From positions 1-32,172 of the forward strand of contig JBILQY010000001.1 of assembly GCA_044372955.1 (NCBI GenBank): DNA of 32,172 nt. Reading direction: 5' to 3'. This DNA is from Crocinitomicaceae bacterium. Its GTDB lineage: Bacteria; Bacteroidota; Bacteroidia; Flavobacteriales_D; Crocinitomicaceae. Each line of letters begins with the position of its first letter. Within the stretch, counting starts at the first letter, position 1. The translations under genes were made by a program, and so were the position numbers. Below, one piece after another: positions 17,285 to 24,621 of the stretch. The notes below the pieces were generated by a model, which saw nothing but the letters and a program-made list of their open reading frames with translations, was not told the DNA's origin and did not search any database.

Positions 17285-17791
17285 TCATTTTTTGTACCCA
17301 ACTTGTTTGCGTTCCCCTTGTTGAATTTGTTTTTTATCCTTTTGAATTAAGTATTTTAAGACTTGTTCAATGTCTTCGAATTTTTGGTTGTGTTTGTTTT
17401 CGAGGTCTTTTAATTGTTCCGAAAGATCTTGATAAGTAAGTGCAAATTGTCGCATCAAAACAAAAGCGCGCATAATATTTATATTTACCTCTATTGCCAC
17501 ATCAGAATTCAAAAGCCCACTAAGCATTGCAACTCCTTGTTCTGTAAATGCAAAAGGTACGTACCTTATTCCGCCTTGTTTTTTTGAGGTGCTAAAATTG
17601 CACCTCAAACTACTCCACTCATCATTAGTTATTTCAAACATAAAATCAGGAGGAAATCTTTTTAGATTGTTTCTTACCGTACGTTTTAGATATTTAGTTT
17701 CAACTTGATACATTTTCGCTAACTCAAAATCGAGAATGATCTTTTTTCCTCTGATTTCGAGGATGCTACGTTTGATTAATTCTAGTTCCAT
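17285..17791 (-). CDS. ORF6N domain protein, copy 3
   Basis: 168 aa with the same motifs. Its last 63 residues differ from copy 1 at 5 positions. Confidence 0.85.
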   Translation of the reverse strand: MELELIKRSILEIRGKKIILDFELAKMYQVETKYLKRTVRNNLKRFPPDFMFEITNDEWSSLRCNFSTSKKQGGIRYVPFAFTEQGVAMLSGLLNSDVAIEVNINIMRAFVLMRQFALTYQDLSEQLKDLENKHNQKFEDIEQVLKYLIQKDKKQIQQGERKQVGYKK

Positions 17792-17887
17792 TTGTTGTTT
17801 TTCACTTTAAGTTAGTGAAATAGTTCATTTCAAGCAATAGGGTAAAGCAAAAATTAAACGTTTTTTAAGGAACCAATTTCTTTCTTG

Positions 17888-17918
17888 AACTTGGTATCAC
17901 ATTTTGTGATACCAAGTT
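17888..17918. promoter_or_regulatory. Perfect 31-nt palindrome (14-bp arms, 3-nt centre) in the divergent promoter region; candidate operator
   Basis: aacttggtatcaca-ttt-tgtgataccaagtt. It lies 97 nt upstream of the ORF6N copy 3 ATG and 61 nt upstream of the ATG at 17979. No flanking T run, so it is not a canonical terminator. Confidence 0.5.
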
Positions 17919-17978
17919 GAATTTCTAATACTTACAAACTTTTTACTATCAAGTTTGTTTCTTCAAAAAAAATGTAAA

Positions 17979-19322
17979 ATGAATAAATTTTTCTATCTCA
18001 CTTTTGCTTTCTTTATTTCATCAGCCGTTTTGGGCCAACATATAGGAATTGTAAGGAAAAACTATTTTAGTACTGTTTTTGACCCAATTATAAATGCCAA
18101 CATCGAACAGTTTGATTCTTCAACAATTCGTTTAGGTACTGTTGATCCTTTATCTGGTGTTGTTTCCAATCTTAGTGAGATTGAGTATCCTTTAGCCATT
18201 AATTTAACAGGAGCAACAATAAATCCTTATTCCAATCACTATTACATTGGAAGTGGTTTAAATTTATTGACTTTCGATATTTCTTCTGGAAATTTAATTA
18301 ACTCGGCACCAATCTCTGGAGAAATCCCTTCGGCCTATTTTCAAAATTATCGTTTCAATCCAAGTGATACTACAATATATGGTATGATACCTCAAAATTT
18401 CTACTCGGTCTATTTTGATAGTCTAGTAATGTCAAACATAGAAGTGCTAGATTCAACGCAAATTCGCTTTGGTTCAATAAATCCTTCGTCAGGTGTTTTT
18501 ACTTTAATCGGGAATACTTCTTACAATAATATTTACACATTAGCGGGTAATTCAATTGACCCTTTTCAGATGGTTTATTACTATTCCGCGGTCAACAAAT
18601 TAATAGGAATCGACCTATACAATGGTGCTCCATTTAGCGTTGTGAATATTCAACTTCCAGTAGGGGGAATTTTTGAAAATATTGCTTACAGTTGTGCTGA
18701 TACAAGCATTTATGGTTTAACACGTCAAAGTTACGTATCAACAGTTTACGATGAAATCTTAATGGAATACGTCCAGATTTATGATTCTACAACGTTTAGG
18801 CTATCTAAAATTGATCCGAATACGGGTGTTGTGACATTTATTTCTCCTTACAATATTCAAGCAGGTGGAAATTTAACAGGTGGAGCTTTCATAGATCCTG
18901 CAACAATGACTTATTTTTTTAATCACGGAAATAAAATCGTTGGTGTATCGATGATTACGGGACTTATTACTTCTTCTGTGATAAAAAGTTATCCCTCAGG
19001 TGAAATTGCATTCGATATGATGCGAAGCACACAAAATTGCTATGGCGTAAGCCGAATGAGAAACAATAGTGCACTCGAAATCGACGAACTTTCAACGATG
19101 AATAGTGAAGTTATCTTGTATCCTAATCCAGTGCAAAGTGAATTAAACATTAAAAGTAAAAAAGCAATTCAATCTACTTCAATCATCGATTTAAGAGGAA
19201 GTGTTTTAATTGAAAGTTACACAAATACAATAACAGTAAATCAACTTCCAAATGGAGTATATTTTGCTAAAGTTAAAACTACTGATGGTGGAATTATTGT
19301 TTGTAAATTCATTAAAAACTAA
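17979..19322 (+). CDS. Secreted protein with three internal ~110-aa repeats and a T9SS type A (Por secretion C-terminal) sorting domain
   Basis: Signal peptide MNKFFYLTFAFFISSAVLGQ from the ATG at 17979. Repeats: YFSTVFDPIINANIEQFDSSTIRLGTVDPLSGVV / FYSVYFDSLVMSNIEVLDSTQIRFGSINPSSGVF / YVSTVYDEILMEYVQIYDSTTFRLSKIDPNTGVV. C-terminal VILYPNPVQSELNIK...LPNGVYFAKVKT. Confidence 0.8.
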   Translation: MNKFFYLTFAFFISSAVLGQHIGIVRKNYFSTVFDPIINANIEQFDSSTIRLGTVDPLSGVVSNLSEIEYPLAINLTGATINPYSNHYYIGSGLNLLTFDISSGNLINSAPISGEIPSAYFQNYRFNPSDTTIYGMIPQNFYSVYFDSLVMSNIEVLDSTQIRFGSINPSSGVFTLIGNTSYNNIYTLAGNSIDPFQMVYYYSAVNKLIGIDLYNGAPFSVVNIQLPVGGIFENIAYSCADTSIYGLTRQSYVSTVYDEILMEYVQIYDSTTFRLSKIDPNTGVVTFISPYNIQAGGNLTGGAFIDPATMTYFFNHGNKIVGVSMITGLITSSVIKSYPSGEIAFDMMRSTQNCYGVSRMRNNSALEIDELSTMNSEVILYPNPVQSELNIKSKKAIQSTSIIDLRGSVLIESYTNTITVNQLPNGVYFAKVKTTDGGIIVCKFIKN

Positions 19323-19382
19323 GTTTTATAAGCTGCTTCAAATTGCTTTTTAACAAATTTCCTCCTAAACAAGTCTAATCAC

Positions 19383-19390
19383 TACCTTTG
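19383..19390 (+). promoter_or_regulatory. Bacteroidota -7 promoter box (TACCTTTG) for ribF
   Basis: Exact TAnnTTTG match. It overlaps the TTG start at 19388 in the ORF track, and the ATG at 19406 lies 16 nt downstream. Confidence 0.5.
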
Positions 19391-19405
19391 CGCTCGAAAA
19401 GTGCG

Positions 19406-20356
19406 ATGAAAGTTTTTGAAGGTTTAGCAAATGTGGGTCAAATAAAAAATCCGGTCGTAACGATTGGAACTTTTGATGGTGTGCATTTGGGTCATCAAAA
19501 AATACTTCAACAAGTACGTTTAGAAGCTAAGAAAATCGGAGGAGAAAGTGTTCTATTGACTTTCTACCCGCATCCTAGAATGGTGCTTTTTCCTGATAAT
19601 CACGGACTTCAATTGCTTCAAACCCAACAAGAAAAATTGGAGACTTTGGCTGAAAATGGCTTGGAAAATATGGTGATTTTACCTTTTTCAAAAGAGTTTT
19701 CGCAAATGACAGCCTTGGAATTTATACGCGAAGTACTTATTAATGCGATTGGAGCAAAAAAAATTATTATTGGCTACGACCATCAATTTGGAAATGACCG
19801 AAAAGGAAATATCGATTTTTTGAGAGCCTACGCAAAGGAATTTAATTACGAAGTGATTGAAATTCCAGCAGAAGAAATTAATGCCGTTAATGTAAGTTCC
19901 ACCAAAATTCGCACTGCATTATTAGAAGGTGCTGTTGATGTTGCAAATACCTTTTTAAATAAGCCTTTTGAACTTTCAGGAACAGTGGTAAAAGGCGAAC
20001 AGTTAGGGCGCACGATAGGTTTTCCAACTGCAAATTTAGATTTGAAAGACAGCACAAAATTGATTCCTGCAAATGGTGTTTATGCTGTCACTGTCCAACT
20101 CGAAAATGACACAAAAATAATATTTGGAATGATGAATATTGGTTATCGTCCAACGGTTTCAACACTCCAAAAACAATCCATTGAAATTTATCTTTTTGAT
20201 TTTGAAGCAGATTTATACAATTCGCATTTAAAAGTTAGACTGCATAAACGTATTCGAGCTGAGGAAAATTTTCTTAACTTAGCTAATCTCAAATCTCAGT
20301 TAAACAAAGATGAAGCTGCTATTCGCTCTTATTTCACTTCTTTTTCTAAACGTTAG
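19406..20356 (+). CDS. ribF: Bifunctional riboflavin kinase / FMN adenylyltransferase
   Basis: TIGTFDGVHLGHQKIL, FYPHPR, GYDHQFG..RKG, SSTKIR, GRTIGFPTANL, GVYAV, GMMNIGYRPT, IEIYLFDF..DLY. Confidence 0.93.
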   Translation: MKVFEGLANVGQIKNPVVTIGTFDGVHLGHQKILQQVRLEAKKIGGESVLLTFYPHPRMVLFPDNHGLQLLQTQQEKLETLAENGLENMVILPFSKEFSQMTALEFIREVLINAIGAKKIIIGYDHQFGNDRKGNIDFLRAYAKEFNYEVIEIPAEEINAVNVSSTKIRTALLEGAVDVANTFLNKPFELSGTVVKGEQLGRTIGFPTANLDLKDSTKLIPANGVYAVTVQLENDTKIIFGMMNIGYRPTVSTLQKQSIEIYLFDFEADLYNSHLKVRLHKRIRAEENFLNLANLKSQLNKDEAAIRSYFTSFSKR

Positions 20357-20885
20357 TTTTAGTCAAAAAACGACGGAAAAGGTTTATAAATGGGACGAGG
20401 TTCAGCAAGCAAACCCAGATACTGTTTACAATCTTTCTTTATCAAAAATGAAATTGACCGAACTGCCCGCTGAATTATGGCGCTTCAAAAATATTAAAAA
20501 ACTCTACCTCGATAAAAATAAATTAAGTGCACTTCCAGATAGTTTTGATGTTTTCAAAACCATTGAATTTCTAAGTTTAGACCACAATCAATTCGAGTTA
20601 TTTCCTATGCCAGTAACACGTTTGTCGGGTCTTAAAACCTTGATTGCATCTAATAACCGATTGACCTATATTCCTGATAATATCAGTAATGCGAAAAACC
20701 TTCAGAAAATGGATTTTTACAATAACGAAATTGCCGACTTTGGGAAAGGAATTTATGATTTAGAAGGGCTAAATTACCTAGATATTAGTGGAACGATGTA
20801 TGGAACGATTTTTCAAAAACAATTAGAAGATAAATTGGCTGGCGTAAAAATCATCATGGATCCACCTTGTAAATGTTTGGACTGA
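20310..20885 (+). CDS. Secreted leucine-rich repeat protein
   Basis: Signal peptide MKLLFALISLLFLNVSFSQ. LRR units (LTELPAELWRFKNIKKLYLDKNKLSALPDSF..., LKTLIASNNRLTYIPDNISNAKNLQKMDFYNNEI). The start overlaps the ribF 3' end by 47 nt. Confidence 0.8.
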   Translation: MKLLFALISLLFLNVSFSQKTTEKVYKWDEVQQANPDTVYNLSLSKMKLTELPAELWRFKNIKKLYLDKNKLSALPDSFDVFKTIEFLSLDHNQFELFPMPVTRLSGLKTLIASNNRLTYIPDNISNAKNLQKMDFYNNEIADFGKGIYDLEGLNYLDISGTMYGTIFQKQLEDKLAGVKIIMDPPCKCLD

Positions 20886-20953
20886 GTGGAGTTTTAAACG
20901 AATCTTTGCTGAAAACATATTTGGATAAAAAAATCTCGCTGATGCTAGAATGT

Positions 20954-20961
20954 TAATTTTG
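20954..20961 (+). promoter_or_regulatory. Bacteroidota -7 promoter box (TAATTTTG)
   Basis: Exact TAnnTTTG match, 16 nt upstream of the ATG at 20977. It lies inside the ORF-track extension that starts at 20950. Confidence 0.5.
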
Positions 20962-20976
20962 AACGATTATAAAACT

Positions 20977-23634
20977 ATGAGAATACTACTATCTTTTTGG
21001 GTTCTTGTCCTATTAATTCCTGCAAATTACTTTGCGCAAAATCTCATCAATAACGGAACGTTTGAATACGGAGGTTCAGGTGTTGGTTTTGTAGTGGAAG
21101 GACAAGGCTACAATTTACTATCACCTCCTTATTCTGGAAGTACATCAGCAGGAAATTATGCTTTTGTAACCAATCCACAAACTATTAACACACAGTTTTT
21201 TGTAAATTCAGGCGACCACACTACTGGAACTGGAAAAATGCTTGTTGTTGATGGTAACTCAACTGGAGGACAACAACGTTTATGGAAAGCGGGCAATAAT
21301 GGCGGAGGAATTTGTGATTTAAACGTTGGTCAAACGTATGTTTTTAGCTATTGGATTCGAACCGTTTCAAATGCAATTGCCAACAACAATGAACTAGCAA
21401 ACATTGGCGTTTCTTTCAATAATGCAAGTAATGTTTCGCTCGTTTTTGGTCAAGCTTTAGCACCACTTCCAAACTTCGGATGGTTACAAGTACGCTACAC
21501 ATTTACACCAACAAATCCCTGTGTAAACATTGAAATTTACAATAATAATACAGGATTTATAGGGAATGATTTTGCATTAGATGATATTGCGTTAACACCG
21601 CCACCATCACCTTTGTCTTTTACTTATTCAGTTACTAATCCCAATTGTAGTGACCCAAATTCTGGATTTATCGCAATATATCCAACAGGTGGTGTTGCGC
21701 CTTATACCTTTAGAGTAGAAGGAACAGATTCAGTAACCAATTCAACTGGAATTTTTACAGATTTAACAGCAGGGACTTATTTAATTGGTTTGGAAGATGC
21801 AACTGGCGACAGAGATTCTATCTTTAATGTGATTTTAAGTACTAATTCAGTTCTTTCAATTAACCCCGGAGACACAGCAATTTGTCCAAACTCAGCGCTT
21901 ACTTTTACCGCTAGTGGAAGTAATTCGGGATATTCGTGGAGTTCAAGTCCAAACGACCCAGAATTAACCGTAACCAACACAGCAAGTATTTCAGTTTCTC
22001 CTTCAACTGCTATAACTTACACCGTTTCATCCAATGTTACAGATGTAAACTTGGTTTTCAATGGCGATTTTGAAATGGGAAATATAGGCTTTCAAACAGA
22101 GTATATAAACTATAGTCCTACTAATCCAACTGGCGCTCAACGAGCTTATGGAATTGTTACTAACTCAAGAGATTGGTATCCAGATTTTGGAAATTGTATT
22201 GATTTCACAATTGGTGATGGGACAGGTAAATTCATGGTAATTGATGGTTCGACCTATAACCTTGGGAACGATAAATTTTGGTGTCAAAAAATAGCTGTTG
22301 AGCCAAATAAAGACTACACTTTTTCTTACCGCCTTCAAACAACTTCACCAACTAATGAGGCAGTTGTTCTGACAAAAATAAATGATGTTTCCATTGGTGC
22401 ATATACCGCTTTACCACAAGTGTGTACTTGGAGTGAGGTTTCATACAATTGGAATTCAGGAATCAACACAATCGCTGAGTTTTGTTTAATTGACCAACAA
22501 TATTTAAAGATTGGAAATGATTTTTCTATTGACGACATTAAATTGATTGCTGACCAATCGTGTACCCAATCGGTAAATGTAACGATGGCAACTGTAAATC
22601 CTGATTTAGGTCAAACTTACCCTGAGAATATTTGCTTGAATGAAGGAATTGTTTTACCAACCTTAAATCCAAATTTTGTGAGTGGTGGAATTTATAATAC
22701 GATTGGACAAGGTTTAAATATCAATAATTTAACGGGCGCTGTTAATCCTGTTGGCTCAACGCCAGGAACTTACAACATCACCTACACAGCGCAAGTTTGT
22801 GGGGTAAACGTAACGGATACAACAACTATCACAATTCGCCCTTTACCAGGTTTATTAGAATTAACAGGTGGTGATTTTTACTGTGAGAATTTCCAATTTA
22901 ATCCTTTGACTTTGTTTGTGGAAGGAACACCAAACTATACGATTTACTACAATTTAGATGGAGTTCCACAAGTTGTTAGTGATCAAAGTACTGTCCCCAT
23001 TTCTATCGGAAATGCTTTTGGTGTATATGATTTAGATTCAATCACTGATTTATACTGTACAAATGTTATGGTTGGAGCACAAACGATTTCTATGACGGAT
23101 GGACCTCAACTTCCAATCATTGCAGGCGATAGCGTTTACTGTAAAAACTCAAATGTTAATGAGATTTACGTAACCAACGCACAAGGAACAATCAATTGGT
23201 ATGCCGATTCAGCACTTACTGTTTCTCTAGGTTCAAGTATTTCGTTTTTGCCTTCGAATCAAGAAACAATGACGTATTACGCCACCGAAAACTTCAATGG
23301 TTGTGAAGGTTTGGCTGCCGCAGTAACTGTATTTATTGAAGATTGTCCGTTGATTATCCCAACCGCGTTCACACCTAATGGCGACGGCACAAATGATGTT
23401 TGGGAAATCATTGGTTTAGATGAGCAATTTCCAGAAAGTAAAGTAACCGTTTTCAACCGATGGGGAGAAACTATTTACGAATCAACGCAAGGAAACTATA
23501 CCAACAAACCTTGGGATGGAAAATACAAAGAAGGAGTACTTCCAGTTTCTAGTTATTATTTCGTGATTCAACGTTCGAGCGATGGTTCTGTTGAGCCTTT
23601 AAGTGGAACTGTTTCTATAATTCTGAAAAAATGA
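20977..23634 (+). CDS. Large surface protein with two CBM-like modules, Ig-like repeats and a T9SS type B (CHU_C / gliding motility-associated C-terminal) sorting domain
   Basis: Signal peptide MRILLSFWVLVLLIPANYFAQ. NLINNGTFEYGG...GNDFALDDIAL and NLVFNGDFEMGN...GNDFSIDDIKL (CBM4/9-like). C-terminal IIPTAFTPNGDGTNDVWEI...VFNRWGETIYES...WDGKYKEGVLPVSSYYFVI. Confidence 0.85.
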   Translation: MRILLSFWVLVLLIPANYFAQNLINNGTFEYGGSGVGFVVEGQGYNLLSPPYSGSTSAGNYAFVTNPQTINTQFFVNSGDHTTGTGKMLVVDGNSTGGQQRLWKAGNNGGGICDLNVGQTYVFSYWIRTVSNAIANNNELANIGVSFNNASNVSLVFGQALAPLPNFGWLQVRYTFTPTNPCVNIEIYNNNTGFIGNDFALDDIALTPPPSPLSFTYSVTNPNCSDPNSGFIAIYPTGGVAPYTFRVEGTDSVTNSTGIFTDLTAGTYLIGLEDATGDRDSIFNVILSTNSVLSINPGDTAICPNSALTFTASGSNSGYSWSSSPNDPELTVTNTASISVSPSTAITYTVSSNVTDVNLVFNGDFEMGNIGFQTEYINYSPTNPTGAQRAYGIVTNSRDWYPDFGNCIDFTIGDGTGKFMVIDGSTYNLGNDKFWCQKIAVEPNKDYTFSYRLQTTSPTNEAVVLTKINDVSIGAYTALPQVCTWSEVSYNWNSGINTIAEFCLIDQQYLKIGNDFSIDDIKLIADQSCTQSVNVTMATVNPDLGQTYPENICLNEGIVLPTLNPNFVSGGIYNTIGQGLNINNLTGAVNPVGSTPGTYNITYTAQVCGVNVTDTTTITIRPLPGLLELTGGDFYCENFQFNPLTLFVEGTPNYTIYYNLDGVPQVVSDQSTVPISIGNAFGVYDLDSITDLYCTNVMVGAQTISMTDGPQLPIIAGDSVYCKNSNVNEIYVTNAQGTINWYADSALTVSLGSSISFLPSNQETMTYYATENFNGCEGLAAAVTVFIEDCPLIIPTAFTPNGDGTNDVWEIIGLDEQFPESKVTVFNRWGETIYESTQGNYTNKPWDGKYKEGVLPVSSYYFVIQRSSDGSVEPLSGTVSIILKK

Positions 23635-24617
23635 GAATAGCACTTTTTATAATTACGTTTCTTGCAATCGGAAGTTTGCAAGCACAACAAATGCCTCAAT
23701 TCTCGCAGGTAGCAATGAATAGAAGTTTGTACAATCCAGCTTATGTTGGATACGAACCAAAAACAATGATAACCTTGGGAGGAAGATGGCAAATGATCGG
23801 TTTTGGAAACGAACCTCAATCAACGTTTTTAAACTTTGAACGCAACATTAAAATCAAAGCTAAGCCAATTTACAATCCTGCAATACGCGTTAGTATGCCA
23901 ATTCCAGACGATAACAGAACGCAAAAAAGTAAATTTTCACAAGCTTTTGGTGGGCAATTAAGTTCAGATAAATACGGCGCATTCAAATCCTTTCAGTTGG
24001 CTGGACTTTACGCTGCACATTATCAATTCACGAGTTTACTAAAAGTCTCAGGGGGATTAAAACTTGGGATAAGTAACAATGGTTTTGATGCGGACAAAGC
24101 ACAAGTTTTAAATGTTACAAATCCTGAACTTAACTATCAAGGTGGCGACACAGAATACGATGAGTTTACAGCCGAAAAATGGAATTCCAATATTATCAAT
24201 TTAGGAGTAGGAGTCAATGTTCAATATGGTAATTTCTTTGTTGGGGCTGCTGTCAATCAATTGACAAAAGATGCTATCCAATTCGGTCGTTCAAATGTAA
24301 ATTTCAATCTTACTTCTCACTTGTTTTTAATGACAGGATACAATTTTCAAATCACCGAAGAATTTAAAGTTCTGACCACGGCAGTTATCAAAAAAATGTC
24401 ACCTGCTCCAACGTCTTTAGAAGTTTCAGCAATTGGAAATTTTGGTGATGTCATCTTCGCTGGAGTTAATTATCACCACAAAGCAACTGTTGGTGTAATC
24501 GTCGGATTTCAAGTAAGTTCAGCATTCAGAATTGGCTATTCATTTGACGCTTCCACGAACAAGATTGTTCAATCTAGTTTTGGTGGACACGAATTAGTTC
24601 TTAACTATAGATTTTAA
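23631..24617 (+). CDS. PorP/SprF family type IX secretion system membrane protein
   Basis: Signal peptide then QQMPQFSQVAMNRSLYNPAYVG, the family signature. About 330 aa with a beta-barrel-like composition. 4-nt overlap with the upstream type B cargo gene. Confidence 0.88.
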   Translation: MRIALFIITFLAIGSLQAQQMPQFSQVAMNRSLYNPAYVGYEPKTMITLGGRWQMIGFGNEPQSTFLNFERNIKIKAKPIYNPAIRVSMPIPDDNRTQKSKFSQAFGGQLSSDKYGAFKSFQLAGLYAAHYQFTSLLKVSGGLKLGISNNGFDADKAQVLNVTNPELNYQGGDTEYDEFTAEKWNSNIINLGVGVNVQYGNFFVGAAVNQLTKDAIQFGRSNVNFNLTSHLFLMTGYNFQITEEFKVLTTAVIKKMSPAPTSLEVSAIGNFGDVIFAGVNYHHKATVGVIVGFQVSSAFRIGYSFDASTNKIVQSSFGGHELVLNYRF

Positions 24618-24621
24618 TCCA

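Larger units (their letters stand above)
16086..17865. repeat. Three tandem units of about 590 bp, each one ORF6N gene plus an 80-nt spacer. The ends are near-identical and the cores diverged. Boundaries are approximate.
   Basis: The last ~190 nt of each gene, the first ~50 nt of each gene and the spacers (ttgttgtttttcaMtttaagttagYgaaatag...aaaaaaaacagtctttttcagcttca) align almost base for base. The central ~280 nt of each gene differ markedly. Confidence 0.85.

Noticed and set aside
17860-17954. A fourth, degraded ORF6N gene copy upstream of copy 3
   Set aside because: There is patchy nucleotide resemblance to the spacer and the palindrome region of the other units. Translation gives no ORF6N motifs and only a short frame. 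The evidence is insufficient, so I report it as an intergenic palindrome instead.
3860-20976. Upstream start codons used by the ORF track at 3860 (TTG), 11866 (TTG), 17955 (TTG), 19388 (TTG) and 20950 (ATG)
   Set aside because: For four of them (3860, 11866, 19388, 20950), an exact TAnnTTTG promoter box lies within or across the proposed extension. For the secreted proteins (17955, 20950), the signal peptide begins at the downstream ATG. The downstream ATGs at 3932, 11893, 17979, 19406 and 20977 are preferred.
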